From NCBI GenBank assembly GCA_963676565.1, contig OY781089.1:2560001-2624000 (forward strand): DNA of 64,000 nt. Reading direction: 5' to 3'. The DNA comes from Halarcobacter sp. Its GTDB lineage: Bacteria > Campylobacterota > Campylobacteria > Campylobacterales > Arcobacteraceae. Position 1 is the first letter of the stretch; each line of letters begins with the position of its first letter. Made by a program: the position numbers and the translations under genes. Shown here piece after piece: positions 19,933 through 29,935 of the stretch. The notes beneath the pieces were generated by a model. That model was given only the letters and a program-made list of their open reading frames with translations, was not told the origin of the DNA and did not search any database.

Positions 19933-20700
19933 CTATACTAAAGATTGTAGATACTCATATGCTGTAATCCCATATGCCCTGTTAAAATGGGAAAGGTCAG
20001 AAAAACCATATTCTACTATAGTTGCATATAAGTCTTTAGTTTGCTCCAAATATTTTTTTGCATGGATAAGTTTACAATTTAAAAAAAACTGATAAGGAGT
20101 AATTCCTGTATTGGCTTTAAACATCCTGATAAATTGAAATTTACTTAAACTCAACTTTGCAGAAATTTCATCTATATTTAAAACATCATCAAGTTCATAA
20201 TATATCATCTCTTTTGCTTTTTTTATAAAAAGATTTTCTTTTTTGTAATCAATTATAAAATCTTTAGAAGAAAAGTTATCAGCAACATTTAATAAAAGTT
20301 CATTGCACAAAGATATATCTTTTTTGTTTAAAATTGCATATGAAAGATTTAAAATATCTTGTTTTAATTTTTGATTATAAATAATAGGAGTGGCAAACTT
20401 TTCTATATGTTTTTTACCCAAAGCTTCTGTAAAAAGTTCAGGTTTAATATATAACATCACATAATCTAAAGATTCGTCTTTAGTTCCTGCTTGTCCATCA
20501 TGTAATTGTTCTGGACTAAAAAGCATAACTCCATTTTTATACGACTTAAGATTTGTTCCTTCCAAGTTATATTTTTGAATACCATTTAGAGTAACCCCTA
20601 AACAATACTCCTCATGGGCATGCTTTTTATATGAAAAGGTATGCATCTTTGCTGATAAAGCTGTTATATCAATCCTATTTTTATATATAAACTTTTCCAT
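19933..20700 (-). CDS. AraC-family transcriptional regulator
   Basis: Cupin HAHEEY, C-terminal HTH (FIRMFKANTGITP; GFSDLSHFNR). Confidence 0.88.
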   Translation of the reverse strand: MEKFIYKNRIDITALSAKMHTFSYKKHAHEEYCLGVTLNGIQKYNLEGTNLKSYKNGVMLFSPEQLHDGQAGTKDESLDYVMLYIKPELFTEALGKKHIEKFATPIIYNQKLKQDILNLSYAILNKKDISLCNELLLNVADNFSSKDFIIDYKKENLFIKKAKEMIYYELDDVLNIDEISAKLSLSKFQFIRMFKANTGITPYQFFLNCKLIHAKKYLEQTKDLYATIVEYGFSDLSHFNRAYGITAYEYLQSLV

Positions 20701-20717
20701 AAAATCTTTTTAAAATA

Positions 20718-21083
20718 CTAAACCAAATATTTAGCGTCGTTTGTTAGTTCACACTCTTCATCACCAGTATTAACAACACCTTCAGGCTCAATAACCATTA
20801 TATTACACTCAGTTTGGGCAAAAGGTTTATGTTCTACTCCTTTTGGAACTACAAACATTTCACCTCTGTTTAAAGTTACACTTCCATCTCTAAACTCAAT
20901 AGTTAATGTTCCATCCATAACAATAAATACCTCATCAGTATCTTTATGACTATGCCAAATAAATTCACCTTGAACTTTTACAACTTTAAACTGGTAATTA
21001 TTCATTTGTGCAATAATTTTTGGAGACCAATGTTCATTGAATTTTGTAAATTTTTCATTTATATTAATAGCTTTATATTCCAT
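20718..21083 (-). CDS. Cupin domain protein
   Basis: [27 protein letters not shown]. Confidence 0.88.
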   Translation of the reverse strand: MEYKAININEKFTKFNEHWSPKIIAQMNNYQFKVVKVQGEFIWHSHKDTDEVFIVMDGTLTIEFRDGSVTLNRGEMFVVPKGVEHKPFAQTECNIMVIEPEGVVNTGDEECELTNDAKYLV

Positions 21084-21162
21084 TTTTAACCTTTCAATAA
21101 AATTTTAAAACTATTATAACAATAAATTTTTTACTGACATAGAACATTATTGCATTATAATA

Positions 21163-22311
21163 TTAATTAATTTTTCCGTTTATCTCTTCTAGCCTTCTTT
21201 TATACGCCTTAGCTGCAACTGCATAACCACCATTTGTAGTATCAACAAAATGGATATGTTTCCCATGTCTTTCAAAAATTAAACATGTCATAAGTGCATG
21301 TTTTGACTTATTTATTCCATAAATAAGTTTTTTATTTTGGTACTCTTTTTCCAAATACTCTTCAAGTTCTTTCATCTGTTTATTACTAATAGAGAAAACC
21401 ATTCTAACTATGTTGTCAAACTTCTCAATATCTGTGGTTGAGATGATTCTTTTTTTATATTTTTCCCATTCACCAATTTTAAACTTCATCAATAAAAACC
21501 CTAAAAGGTTTATAAATCTTAGTTTAAATAAAGTGACCATTTTACCTAGTAATGATTTTGATAAAAAAGAGGCTTCTACATTTAAGTCTTTAGCATTAAA
21601 ACTAAGTAATAGTTTTTTCTCATTGATTGGATGTCTTGAACTAATATCACCAACAATTTTTTCAATATTTTCTAAGACATCTTTATAATCTTTTTCATCA
21701 AGACATTTTAAGATAAATGACAAGGTTTCATCTTTAGATGATTCAATAAAAGACCATCTACACTCCAAACCTTCTAAATCTAACTCATAAAACTCATCTT
21801 TTTTATCTTTTATATGATATTTGTCATCAAGTTTTAAAAGATAATCAAAATAATCTAATCCCTCCCCTTTTATCAAAGCTTGTTCATGATTTTGTGTAGT
21901 TTTATATTTAGCTATTAAAATCTCTTTTTCAAAACTTGCAAGTTTTTCTAAAGAGATAGATCCTACTCTAAGTTCTAGACCATAAGCATCTTTTGCCATT
22001 TCTCTAACTGCAACTAATGCACGCCTTGCACTTTTATAAACACGTCTTGGAACTAAAATAAAAGCGCCATCACCACCAAAAATAAAAGGAAGTTCTAAAC
22101 TTCTATCAATATTTAAAACAGAGATAATACTCATAGCTCCTAGCATATTGATCTCTTTATATTTTCCTTTTTCTATATTTTTTGTAGAATCTTTGACATC
22201 TGTTGCTAAAAGATGCCAATCATTTGGTATTTTTGTATAAATATCAGGGTTCGATAATTCTGTAAAATCACTTACAGGCTTAAGATTTTTATAAAAATAA
22301 TAAGTTGCCAT
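21163..22311 (-). CDS. DUF3095-family protein
   Basis: TDVKDST, FGGDGA, GLECRW, KFD, ALMTC, HIHFVD..GGYA.AA. Confidence 0.8.
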   Translation of the reverse strand: MATYYFYKNLKPVSDFTELSNPDIYTKIPNDWHLLATDVKDSTKNIEKGKYKEINMLGAMSIISVLNIDRSLELPFIFGGDGAFILVPRRVYKSARRALVAVREMAKDAYGLELRVGSISLEKLASFEKEILIAKYKTTQNHEQALIKGEGLDYFDYLLKLDDKYHIKDKKDEFYELDLEGLECRWSFIESSKDETLSFILKCLDEKDYKDVLENIEKIVGDISSRHPINEKKLLLSFNAKDLNVEASFLSKSLLGKMVTLFKLRFINLLGFLLMKFKIGEWEKYKKRIISTTDIEKFDNIVRMVFSISNKQMKELEEYLEKEYQNKKLIYGINKSKHALMTCLIFERHGKHIHFVDTTNGGYAVAAKAYKRRLEEINGKIN

Positions 22312-22322
22312 TTAACTCTTTT

Positions 22323-22763
22323 TTAATTTATTGGTTCTGGTGTATTAATCATCCAGATAGAAAAAATATCAACATAATCCCAAAACGATTTTTTTTCCTC
22401 TTCACTTAAATTTGTTTCTTCAATCGCTTTTGCAAACATCTCTAACCAAACTACCCTAGCACTTGGAGTGATTTTAAAAGGCATATGTCTTGCTACCATT
22501 CTTGGAGCACCTCTGCTTTCATTGAAATATTTTGGTCCTCCACAAATTTGAATGAAAAAATCAGCAGAGTGTTTTTTTGCCATAGCTAAAGCTTGTTCAT
22601 TTTCAGGGAAAAGATCTTTAATTTTACTTTCCGCTAGTAAATCATAGTGTCTACTTATTAAACTTCTCATACCTTCTTCTTTTAAAGTTGTTAATATTTT
22701 TGGATTTGGAAGGCTTACATTTGGTCTATTTCCCATTGAAGTCTCAGATATATTATATTCCAT
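22323..22763 (-). CDS. Truncated (2/2) globin, group II-like
   Basis: FFIQICGGP..F...RG.PRMVARHMPFKIT..AR..WL; start MEYN. Confidence 0.82.
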   Translation of the reverse strand: MEYNISETSMGNRPNVSLPNPKILTTLKEEGMRSLISRHYDLLAESKIKDLFPENEQALAMAKKHSADFFIQICGGPKYFNESRGAPRMVARHMPFKITPSARVVWLEMFAKAIEETNLSEEEKKSFWDYVDIFSIWMINTPEPIN

Positions 22764-22883
22764 TTTTTTCCTTTTTTGATTTGTGAAAATATACACTTTT
22801 AATAATTTATAAATTATATGAAAATAAGGTAAATTAAAAAATTAAACAAATTTTGATAAAATTTAAAAAAAATTGGAAATTAA

Positions 22884-23273
22884 ATGAATACAAAAAATCT
22901 TTTTATACTATCTTTTATTGGGATACTTACAACATACTATTTTATTCTTGGCATTGATAAATCAATTCAACTTATAAAAGATGAATATCTTTCAATAATA
23001 GCATTGATTGTAATTCTTATAAGTCTTTTATTTTTTAAATTAAAACTAAAAGGTCATCAAACTATAGATTTTGTTCAAAATAATCAATTCTCTTTAAAAT
23101 CTACAATCTTATTTTTTCTAGTATTTCAAGTTGTAGATTACTATTATGAAGATGGATTTATTGGAATGATTTCACAATGGTTTTTATATTGGATAATGGG
23201 ACTTATTGCAATAACATTAATGAAAACAATAAACTGCTATAGAAATTATAAATATCTGAAAAACAACCCATAG
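22884..23273 (+). CDS. Hypothetical membrane protein
   Basis: Four hydrophobic segments. Confidence 0.65.
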   Translation: MNTKNLFILSFIGILTTYYFILGIDKSIQLIKDEYLSIIALIVILISLLFFKLKLKGHQTIDFVQNNQFSLKSTILFFLVFQVVDYYYEDGFIGMISQWFLYWIMGLIAITLMKTINCYRNYKYLKNNP

Positions 23274-23363
23274 TATTAAATTTAACTTAATTTTTTTATT
23301 AGTACACACTTTTAAGCCACTTCATAATTATAAAATTATCTAAATGTATTTAAAGGATAATTA

Positions 23364-24605
23364 ATGAAACAAAAATCATTATTGAAAAATGTTGGTGTCC
23401 AAATCATTATAGCAATGATTTTAGGTACTATTGTAGGTATAGTAATGGGTAAAGATGCATCTGTTTTTGCACCCCTTGGAACAATATTTATTCACCTAAT
23501 CAAAATGCTTGTAATACCATTGATTGTAATCTCAATTATCTCTGGTGCTGCAAACTTAAGTGATAGCCCAAGTGCAGGAAAAGTTGGAATTGGTACAATT
23601 GCCTTTTTCTTAGGAACTTCTGCTTTTGCAGTTGCATTAGCATTAATAGCAGGTGAAGTTTTTAAACCAGGTGTTGGATTAGACTTAAGTAGTGTAAGCC
23701 ATATGTTTTCAGACCAATATGCTGACAAAGGGGCTCTTCCTGGTGCAATGGAAACACTTATTGGTATGATTCCAACTAATATTTTCCAATCACTTATGGA
23801 TGCAAACATCTTACAGATTTTAGTTTTTTGTTTATTCTTTGGTATTGCAATTTCTAAAATTCCAAAAGAAAAGAGTAGTCCACTAATCAATGGTTTAGAG
23901 GGTATGATTCAAGCTTTAATTTGGATGGTTACTGTTGTAATGATGTTAGCACCAATTGGTGTTTTTGGTCTTATGGCTGATTCAATTGGTACATATGGAT
24001 TTGATATGCTTGGCCTTGTAGCAAAACTTTTTATAGTTTATATGGGAGCTCTTTTAGTTTATGGATTTATTTTTTATCCACTTATTATAAAACTATTCTC
24101 GAAAACATCTGTAAAAGATTTTATTGGTGCTATGAAAAAACCTCAAGTAGTTGCTCTTTCAACTGCTTCATCTATGGCAACACTTCCTGTTACAATGAAA
24201 ACTTGTGAAGAGGATTTAAATGTTTCAAAATCTACTTCATCTTTTGTTTTACCACTTGGTGCAACAATTAATATGAGTGGAAATGCCATTTATTATGGAC
24301 TTGTGGCTATTTTCTTTGCACAGATGTATAATATTGATTTAGGACTAGCTGGATATGCTGCTATTATTTTCACAGCTACTATTGGTGCAATTGGACAAGC
24401 TGGTGTTCCAGGTCCTTCATTTTTAGTTGTTGCGGTATTACTTTCTGCTGGAATTCCTATTGAAGGCTTACCTTTATTATTTGCCCTTGATAGAATTTTT
24501 GATATGACTAGAACTGCTTTAAATATTACAGGTGATGCTGTTTGTGCAGTAGTTATTGATAATTTAAATGAAAAACAAGATAAACTTCAATCAGTTGAAG
24601 TTTAA
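23364..24605 (+). CDS. Dicarboxylate/amino acid:cation symporter (DAACS)
   Basis: STASSMATLP, LPLGATINM, GQAGVPG, DRIFDMTRTALNITGD. Confidence 0.92.
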   Translation: MKQKSLLKNVGVQIIIAMILGTIVGIVMGKDASVFAPLGTIFIHLIKMLVIPLIVISIISGAANLSDSPSAGKVGIGTIAFFLGTSAFAVALALIAGEVFKPGVGLDLSSVSHMFSDQYADKGALPGAMETLIGMIPTNIFQSLMDANILQILVFCLFFGIAISKIPKEKSSPLINGLEGMIQALIWMVTVVMMLAPIGVFGLMADSIGTYGFDMLGLVAKLFIVYMGALLVYGFIFYPLIIKLFSKTSVKDFIGAMKKPQVVALSTASSMATLPVTMKTCEEDLNVSKSTSSFVLPLGATINMSGNAIYYGLVAIFFAQMYNIDLGLAGYAAIIFTATIGAIGQAGVPGPSFLVVAVLLSAGIPIEGLPLLFALDRIFDMTRTALNITGDAVCAVVIDNLNEKQDKLQSVEV

Positions 24606-24607
24606 AT

Positions 24608-24634
24608 AAAAGAAGAGATTAAGTCTCTTCTTTT
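24608..24634 (+). terminator. Intrinsic terminator
   Basis: AAAAGAAGAGA-ttaag-TCTCTTCTTTT right after the stop codon. Confidence 0.7.
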
Positions 24635-24735
24635 AAAATCTATTAATAATATTATTGTAATCTAAAAGTAAAATGTAAACTTTAATTAAATCTACTTAAT
24701 GTATACTCATTAAGAATATATTTTAGGTATTTTAA

Positions 24736-26646
24736 ATGAAAACATTAAATGCATATTTCAAGGACATTAAAGAGCTTGAAAGATTTATTAAAGATAATTG
24801 TATTGAAGACTCTTCAAAACTTTTAATTCAAGTTTTCACCCATGAAAACAATCCTTCATATATAGAACAAATAACAAACTATTTTTCAAAAAATTTCCCT
24901 TTATCTTCCTTAATAGGCTCTACAACAGATGGAGAGATAAAAGATGGCTTAGTAAGTACTAATACAACAGTTATAAGTTTTACAATTTTTGAACAAATAA
25001 CTTTAAAAACTGAAATCACAAATCAATTTGATAACCACTTCCAAGTAGGAAAAGATATAGCATCAAAGATAATACAAGAGGATACAAAAGTTATAATATC
25101 TTTTATTGATGGCTTATTAGGAAATGGTGAAGAGTATATCAAAGGGATAGAGTCAATTGACAAAAATATTATTGTTGCAGGGGGACTTGCAGGGGATAAT
25201 GCAAAATTTGAAAATACTTATGTTTTTACAAAAGAGAAAATATACACAAAAGGTTTTGTGGCAGTATCTTTAAGTAGTAAAAACTTAAATGTTAATACTG
25301 ATTATAGTTTTAATTGGGTTCCTATTGGGCAAAAATTAAAAATCACAAAATCAGATAAAAATGTAGTTTATACTATAAATGATAGAACCGCATTAGAAAC
25401 ATATGCATATTATTTAGGTCATGATATTAGTAAAAATCTTCCATATGTGGGAATTGAATTTCCTTTAATTCTTGAAAGAAATGGTATACAAATAGCAAGG
25501 GCAGTAATTGCAAAAAATGATGATGGTTCTTTAGTATTTGCAGGGAACTTAAATGTTGGAGATGAAGTAAGTTTTGGTTATGGAAATTGCAATGAAATAC
25601 TTGATAAAACACAATACCATATTGATAAAATTGCTTCTAAACCAGTTGAAAGTATATTTATCTATTCATGTATGGCAAGAAGAAGATTTATGCCAGATAA
25701 AATTGAACATGAAACACTTATATATAACGATTTAGCACCAACAGCTGGTTTTTTTACGTATGGAGAGTTTTTTAGTGAGAAAGACAATAAAGAGCTTCTA
25801 AATCAAAGTATGACTCTTTTAGCTTTAAGTGAATCAGAAAATATAAATAATAAAAAAATCACATTAGATATAAAAAAAGGAGCAAGCTCAACAGTTCAAG
25901 CTTTATCACATTTAATCTATGTATCAACAAAAGAGCTTCAAAGAAAAGATGAAATTATGATTTCCCAATCAAGAAATGCTGCTATGGGTGAGATGTTGAA
26001 TATAGTTGCCCATCAATGGAGACAACCTTTAAGTTCTATTTCAATGATTGCTAATAATGCTTTAGCTGATTTAGAATTAGATAGTTTAGATAATGATTCC
26101 CTTGAAGAGTATCTTAAAAATATACAAAAGAAAGCATTAGATTTATCAAATATAATTAACAATTTCAAAAACCACTTTAAACCTAGTGATAAAAAAGAGG
26201 AGATATCATTAAAAAAACTTTTTGATGATACAAAAGATATAATAAATGCAAACCTTGAAAACAATGATATAGAACTAATCATACAAGATGATAATGCTCC
26301 AATTGTTTATGTTTATAAAAGAGAATTAATGCAAGTTCTTCTTAATCTTATAAACAACTCAAAAGAAGCATTTACACCACAAGAAAAATTAAAAAAAGCT
26401 ATTGTAATATCGGTGAAAGAATCAAATCAAAATGTCATTATAAGTGTTTGTGACAATGCAGGTGGAATAGATGAAAAGATTATTGATGAGATATTTAACC
26501 CATACTTTAGTACAAAAAATGAACTAAATGGGACTGGTCTTGGACTTTATATGAGTAAGATAATTATTGAAAAATATATGCAAGGTACAATAACAGCAGA
26601 GAATAGAAAATATGGCGCTTGTTTTAATATTCAGTTAAGAAAATAA
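24736..26646 (+). CDS. FIST-domain sensor histidine kinase
   Basis: FIST motifs GSTTDGEI, AGGLAGD, SCMARR, GFFTYGE; H-box AHQWRQPL; HATPase DNAGG, GTGLGL. Confidence 0.88.
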   Translation: MKTLNAYFKDIKELERFIKDNCIEDSSKLLIQVFTHENNPSYIEQITNYFSKNFPLSSLIGSTTDGEIKDGLVSTNTTVISFTIFEQITLKTEITNQFDNHFQVGKDIASKIIQEDTKVIISFIDGLLGNGEEYIKGIESIDKNIIVAGGLAGDNAKFENTYVFTKEKIYTKGFVAVSLSSKNLNVNTDYSFNWVPIGQKLKITKSDKNVVYTINDRTALETYAYYLGHDISKNLPYVGIEFPLILERNGIQIARAVIAKNDDGSLVFAGNLNVGDEVSFGYGNCNEILDKTQYHIDKIASKPVESIFIYSCMARRRFMPDKIEHETLIYNDLAPTAGFFTYGEFFSEKDNKELLNQSMTLLALSESENINNKKITLDIKKGASSTVQALSHLIYVSTKELQRKDEIMISQSRNAAMGEMLNIVAHQWRQPLSSISMIANNALADLELDSLDNDSLEEYLKNIQKKALDLSNIINNFKNHFKPSDKKEEISLKKLFDDTKDIINANLENNDIELIIQDDNAPIVYVYKRELMQVLLNLINNSKEAFTPQEKLKKAIVISVKESNQNVIISVCDNAGGIDEKIIDEIFNPYFSTKNELNGTGLGLYMSKIIIEKYMQGTITAENRKYGACFNIQLRK

Positions 26647-26664
26647 TATTTATATATTAATTTC

Positions 26665-27132
26665 TTAATTTCTAAGTGTTGCTATAAGCCTATTTGAATC
26701 TTTTAAAAAGCCAAATACATCATCTATTGATTTTACTAAAATATCTGAAGATAAAAAAGTTTTAGTACATAAACCTTCATCTTGTAAAATAGCAATACCT
26801 AAAACACACTCTTCTAACATTAATAGATCATTTCTACCATTACCAACACTTAAAACTGTTTTACTGCCTAGCTTCTTTACAAACTCTAACTTGTCTTTGT
26901 CTTGATTTTGCTTCCCTATTACTATAACTTCACAATTTGTGTTTTCTAACTCTTTTTTTACTGTGCCATAAGTATCTGCTGTAATTACATAAAATTTAAA
27001 ATCTGATGCAAGTTTATTAATATTTTCAGAAACATTTTTAAGTAGTTTTCCATCAACTGCAATTGTTCCATTATAATCAAATACAACACTTTTTATCTCA
27101 AAAGCTTCCCTACCTGGAATTTCAATTTTCAT
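26665..27132 (-). CDS. HAD-like soluble P-type ATPase domain protein
   Basis: FDYNGT, TADTYG, GNGRND. Confidence 0.8.
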   Translation of the reverse strand: MKIEIPGREAFEIKSVVFDYNGTIAVDGKLLKNVSENINKLASDFKFYVITADTYGTVKKELENTNCEVIVIGKQNQDKDKLEFVKKLGSKTVLSVGNGRNDLLMLEECVLGIAILQDEGLCTKTFLSSDILVKSIDDVFGFLKDSNRLIATLRN

Positions 27133-27154
27133 ATATTTACTCTATTTATTTTAT

Positions 27155-27631
27155 TTATTCAAATCTTTTATCAGAACGTCTATTTATAACATCCTCTGCA
27201 CTTGCTTTTAACCATCCTGATCTACTATCTTTAACACCATCAAATTTTTCAATATATGGCTTTATATCTAAAAGTGGTGTTCCATCTAATACATCTATGC
27301 CATCTACATAAACTTTATTATCTTTAACACTTTTTAATTTTACTATTGATAAACCTATATGGTTTGGTCTAAGTGGTGTCCTTGTTGAAAAAACTCCTCT
27401 TTCTTGAGTATCCATAAAAGGAGTTACAGTAAGTTCAGTTCTTTTTACTTCATGAAAACTATATATTAAATAGATATGACTAAAGCCATCTAAATCTTTT
27501 AATCCCTCACTAAGCTCTTCATCAAGGATAATAATCCCTTCTACATCTTTTGCACCCTTTGGTTGAATAGGCATATCTTCAATAGCCTTAAAAGGTGTTT
27601 TTATTGTTCCAATTGGTTTTATATTATGCAT
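27155..27631 (-). CDS. tsaA: tRNA m6t6A37 methyltransferase TrmO (TsaA)
   Basis: GVFSTRTP.RPNHIGLS, DVLDGTPLLDIKPY. Confidence 0.9.
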   Translation of the reverse strand: MHNIKPIGTIKTPFKAIEDMPIQPKGAKDVEGIIILDEELSEGLKDLDGFSHIYLIYSFHEVKRTELTVTPFMDTQERGVFSTRTPLRPNHIGLSIVKLKSVKDNKVYVDGIDVLDGTPLLDIKPYIEKFDGVKDSRSGWLKASAEDVINRRSDKRFE

Positions 27632-28601
27632 TTTCTAATCTCTTTAAATATATTAAGGCTCTATTTGTAACTGCTTGGCTGTAAGTATTTATCTTAAAGT
27701 GTTCTGGACTCCAACCTTTTAAAAATCTTTTAAAATCTGCCCAAGATAGACAAAACAACATTCTCCATTCATCTTCAATATCTTGTGGATCGATACTAGG
27801 ATGATAAATCTCTATAGCCTTATGTAATTCATCAAAATAGATATCTTTTATAAACTCTTCTAAATCTTCACAATCTTCTGGTTCAACTGCACTACTCATA
27901 AAGTATGCTAAATCCTTCATCCCACAACCATGACCTACATATTGAAAATCAACTGCCGCACATCTTGTAACTGATTTATTAAAACAAAAATTTGCTAATT
28001 TTGCATCCCCATGGACTATTGTTTGATATTTAGTATTTTTAAGTATTTCGTCTATTGTACTTGCATATTCCTTTAATTCACCATCTTCAAGTCTTTCAAA
28101 CTCATCGGGTCTTGTTTCAAGATGCCAGTAAGTTCCAGTTTCCCAAAGTAGTTCATTTTTTATATTTAAATATTTAGCATGAAAATTTGCAAGCCAAGAT
28201 AAACAAATTTTTATATGGCTTTCATTTGCATCTAAGGTGGTTGTAACAAGCTCAATATCTGCTAAATCTTCCATTACTATTAGATACTCATTTTCTGTTT
28301 TAAAAGTTTTTAGACCTTGTGGTATTCTACATCTTTCATCAACTTCTTTGCTAAAGTTTTCATACCAATTTACTTCAACTTCATAGGAGTGAAGTTTTCT
28401 TTGATGGGAGAAATCAGTATTCCAGCCCCTTGGATGAAGTTCAGGTTTTGGAAGTTTTATATGTTTTACAATAATATTTTTTGATTCAAATTTTAGTCTT
28501 ACTAGTTCACCATATCCACTCCAAAGAGTCTGGATGGTTTCCTTTGAAATTAATTCGCCAATATCTAAGTCATTGCCAATTTTTTGATATAAAGAGTTCA
28601 T
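27624..28601 (-). CDS. Kinase-like phosphotransferase (APH/ecdysteroid-kinase-like)
   Basis: LWSGYG, HGDAKLANF, VDFQYVG. Confidence 0.8.
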   Translation of the reverse strand: MNSLYQKIGNDLDIGELISKETIQTLWSGYGELVRLKFESKNIIVKHIKLPKPELHPRGWNTDFSHQRKLHSYEVEVNWYENFSKEVDERCRIPQGLKTFKTENEYLIVMEDLADIELVTTTLDANESHIKICLSWLANFHAKYLNIKNELLWETGTYWHLETRPDEFERLEDGELKEYASTIDEILKNTKYQTIVHGDAKLANFCFNKSVTRCAAVDFQYVGHGCGMKDLAYFMSSAVEPEDCEDLEEFIKDIYFDELHKAIEIYHPSIDPQDIEDEWRMLFCLSWADFKRFLKGWSPEHFKINTYSQAVTNRALIYLKRLENA

Positions 28602-28667
28602 AGTTACGTATTATATTTAAAATAAAGTCAATAAATACTAATACAAGTAATTATTGACTAATTAAAT

Positions 28668-28979
28668 CTAAATTTTCACTTCACTTATTTGGATAATAGG
28701 GTTTGAATTTGTAAAGTTTGGTAAATCATTCATGATTTTATCTGCATGGGGAGTAAATGCTTCTTGAAAAGCTTCCACCGATTCAAATGTTAAATGAGTC
28801 ATAGCAACATAAGGAATCTCTTGCCCTGGAATTGCATTTGCTAATCCATAATCAACATTTGCACCTTTTAAAGCATCACCAATTAACTCTCCTGCCATTG
28901 GGATATGAGTATCTAAATAATAATCCATATCGAACTTAATATCTTCACCGTTTGGGTATAAAACACTTACTCTAACCAT
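28668..28979 (-). CDS. EthD-family protein
   Basis: VSVLYP, FDMDYY..HIP, D.PNFT..P.IQISEV. Confidence 0.88.
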   Translation of the reverse strand: MVRVSVLYPNGEDIKFDMDYYLDTHIPMAGELIGDALKGANVDYGLANAIPGQEIPYVAMTHLTFESVEAFQEAFTPHADKIMNDLPNFTNSNPIIQISEVKI

Positions 28980-29042
28980 TTTTTCTCCTTAGTGATTATG
29001 TATTAAGATTAGTCTAACCAATTTTTTTAATAAAAACAATAG

Positions 29043-29921
29043 TTATTTACTGTTTTTGGAAAATTTAGAACTAACTAAAATACCACCAAAAATTACAAGT
29101 AAAATACCTATAAATGTAGTTAAATCAGGGAAAGCATCACCTAAAGCAACTCCAAATCCTATAGAAAATGGAATATTTGTATAACTAACTACTCCAATAA
29201 TACTTGCTTTACTTACACTATATGCCCTTGTAATAAACCACTGTGAACCAGTAGAAATGATAGCCATAAAACCAATCAAAGCCCAAATAACAGGATCTGT
29301 ATGGAGTTTAAATTCAAAAATCGGAGTAAAAAAATAAATTAACAATGGGATAATCAAACCAATCCCCATAAATGAAAGCATTATAAGTCTTGCATCAAAT
29401 ATATCTTTTATTTTTTTTATAGTTGCATAAGCACAAGCTGCAAAAAAACCACCCAGTACTCCTAAAACATGTTCAAATGAAAACTCTATTCCAAAAGGTT
29501 TCATCACAAGTATAATTCCTATAAATCCAATAATAAGTGCAAAAAATGTTTTTAAACTAATACTCTCTTTTACTAAATAATAGGCGAGTATTGTTACAAA
29601 AAATGGTGAAGTTCTATTTAAAACAACTGCTTCACCAAGGGGAATTGTTGCAATTGTATAAAAAAACAATGCCATTGCCAAAGCTCCAAACAATCCCCTT
29701 AATAATAGTAAATGTAACTTTGATCTATCAAAGGCTACATTAAATTTTTTTAGTGTAAATAGTATGATAAAAACACCTATTAAGTTTCTATAAAAAACTA
29801 TTTCTAAAGGATCCATACTAGTTGATAAGTACTTTGCTACTGCTCCATTTAGTGCTCCTAAAACAGAACTTGCAAGCATAAAAAGTACACCTATATCTAT
29901 TAACTTTAATCTTTCATTCAT
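29043..29921 (-). CDS. DMT/EamA-family transporter
   Basis: About 10 TM helices with duplicated EamA pattern. Confidence 0.85.
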   Translation of the reverse strand: MNERLKLIDIGVLFMLASSVLGALNGAVAKYLSTSMDPLEIVFYRNLIGVFIILFTLKKFNVAFDRSKLHLLLLRGLFGALAMALFFYTIATIPLGEAVVLNRTSPFFVTILAYYLVKESISLKTFFALIIGFIGIILVMKPFGIEFSFEHVLGVLGGFFAACAYATIKKIKDIFDARLIMLSFMGIGLIIPLLIYFFTPIFEFKLHTDPVIWALIGFMAIISTGSQWFITRAYSVSKASIIGVVSYTNIPFSIGFGVALGDAFPDLTTFIGILLVIFGGILVSSKFSKNSK

Positions 29922-29935
29922 ATAATTTATTCTCT

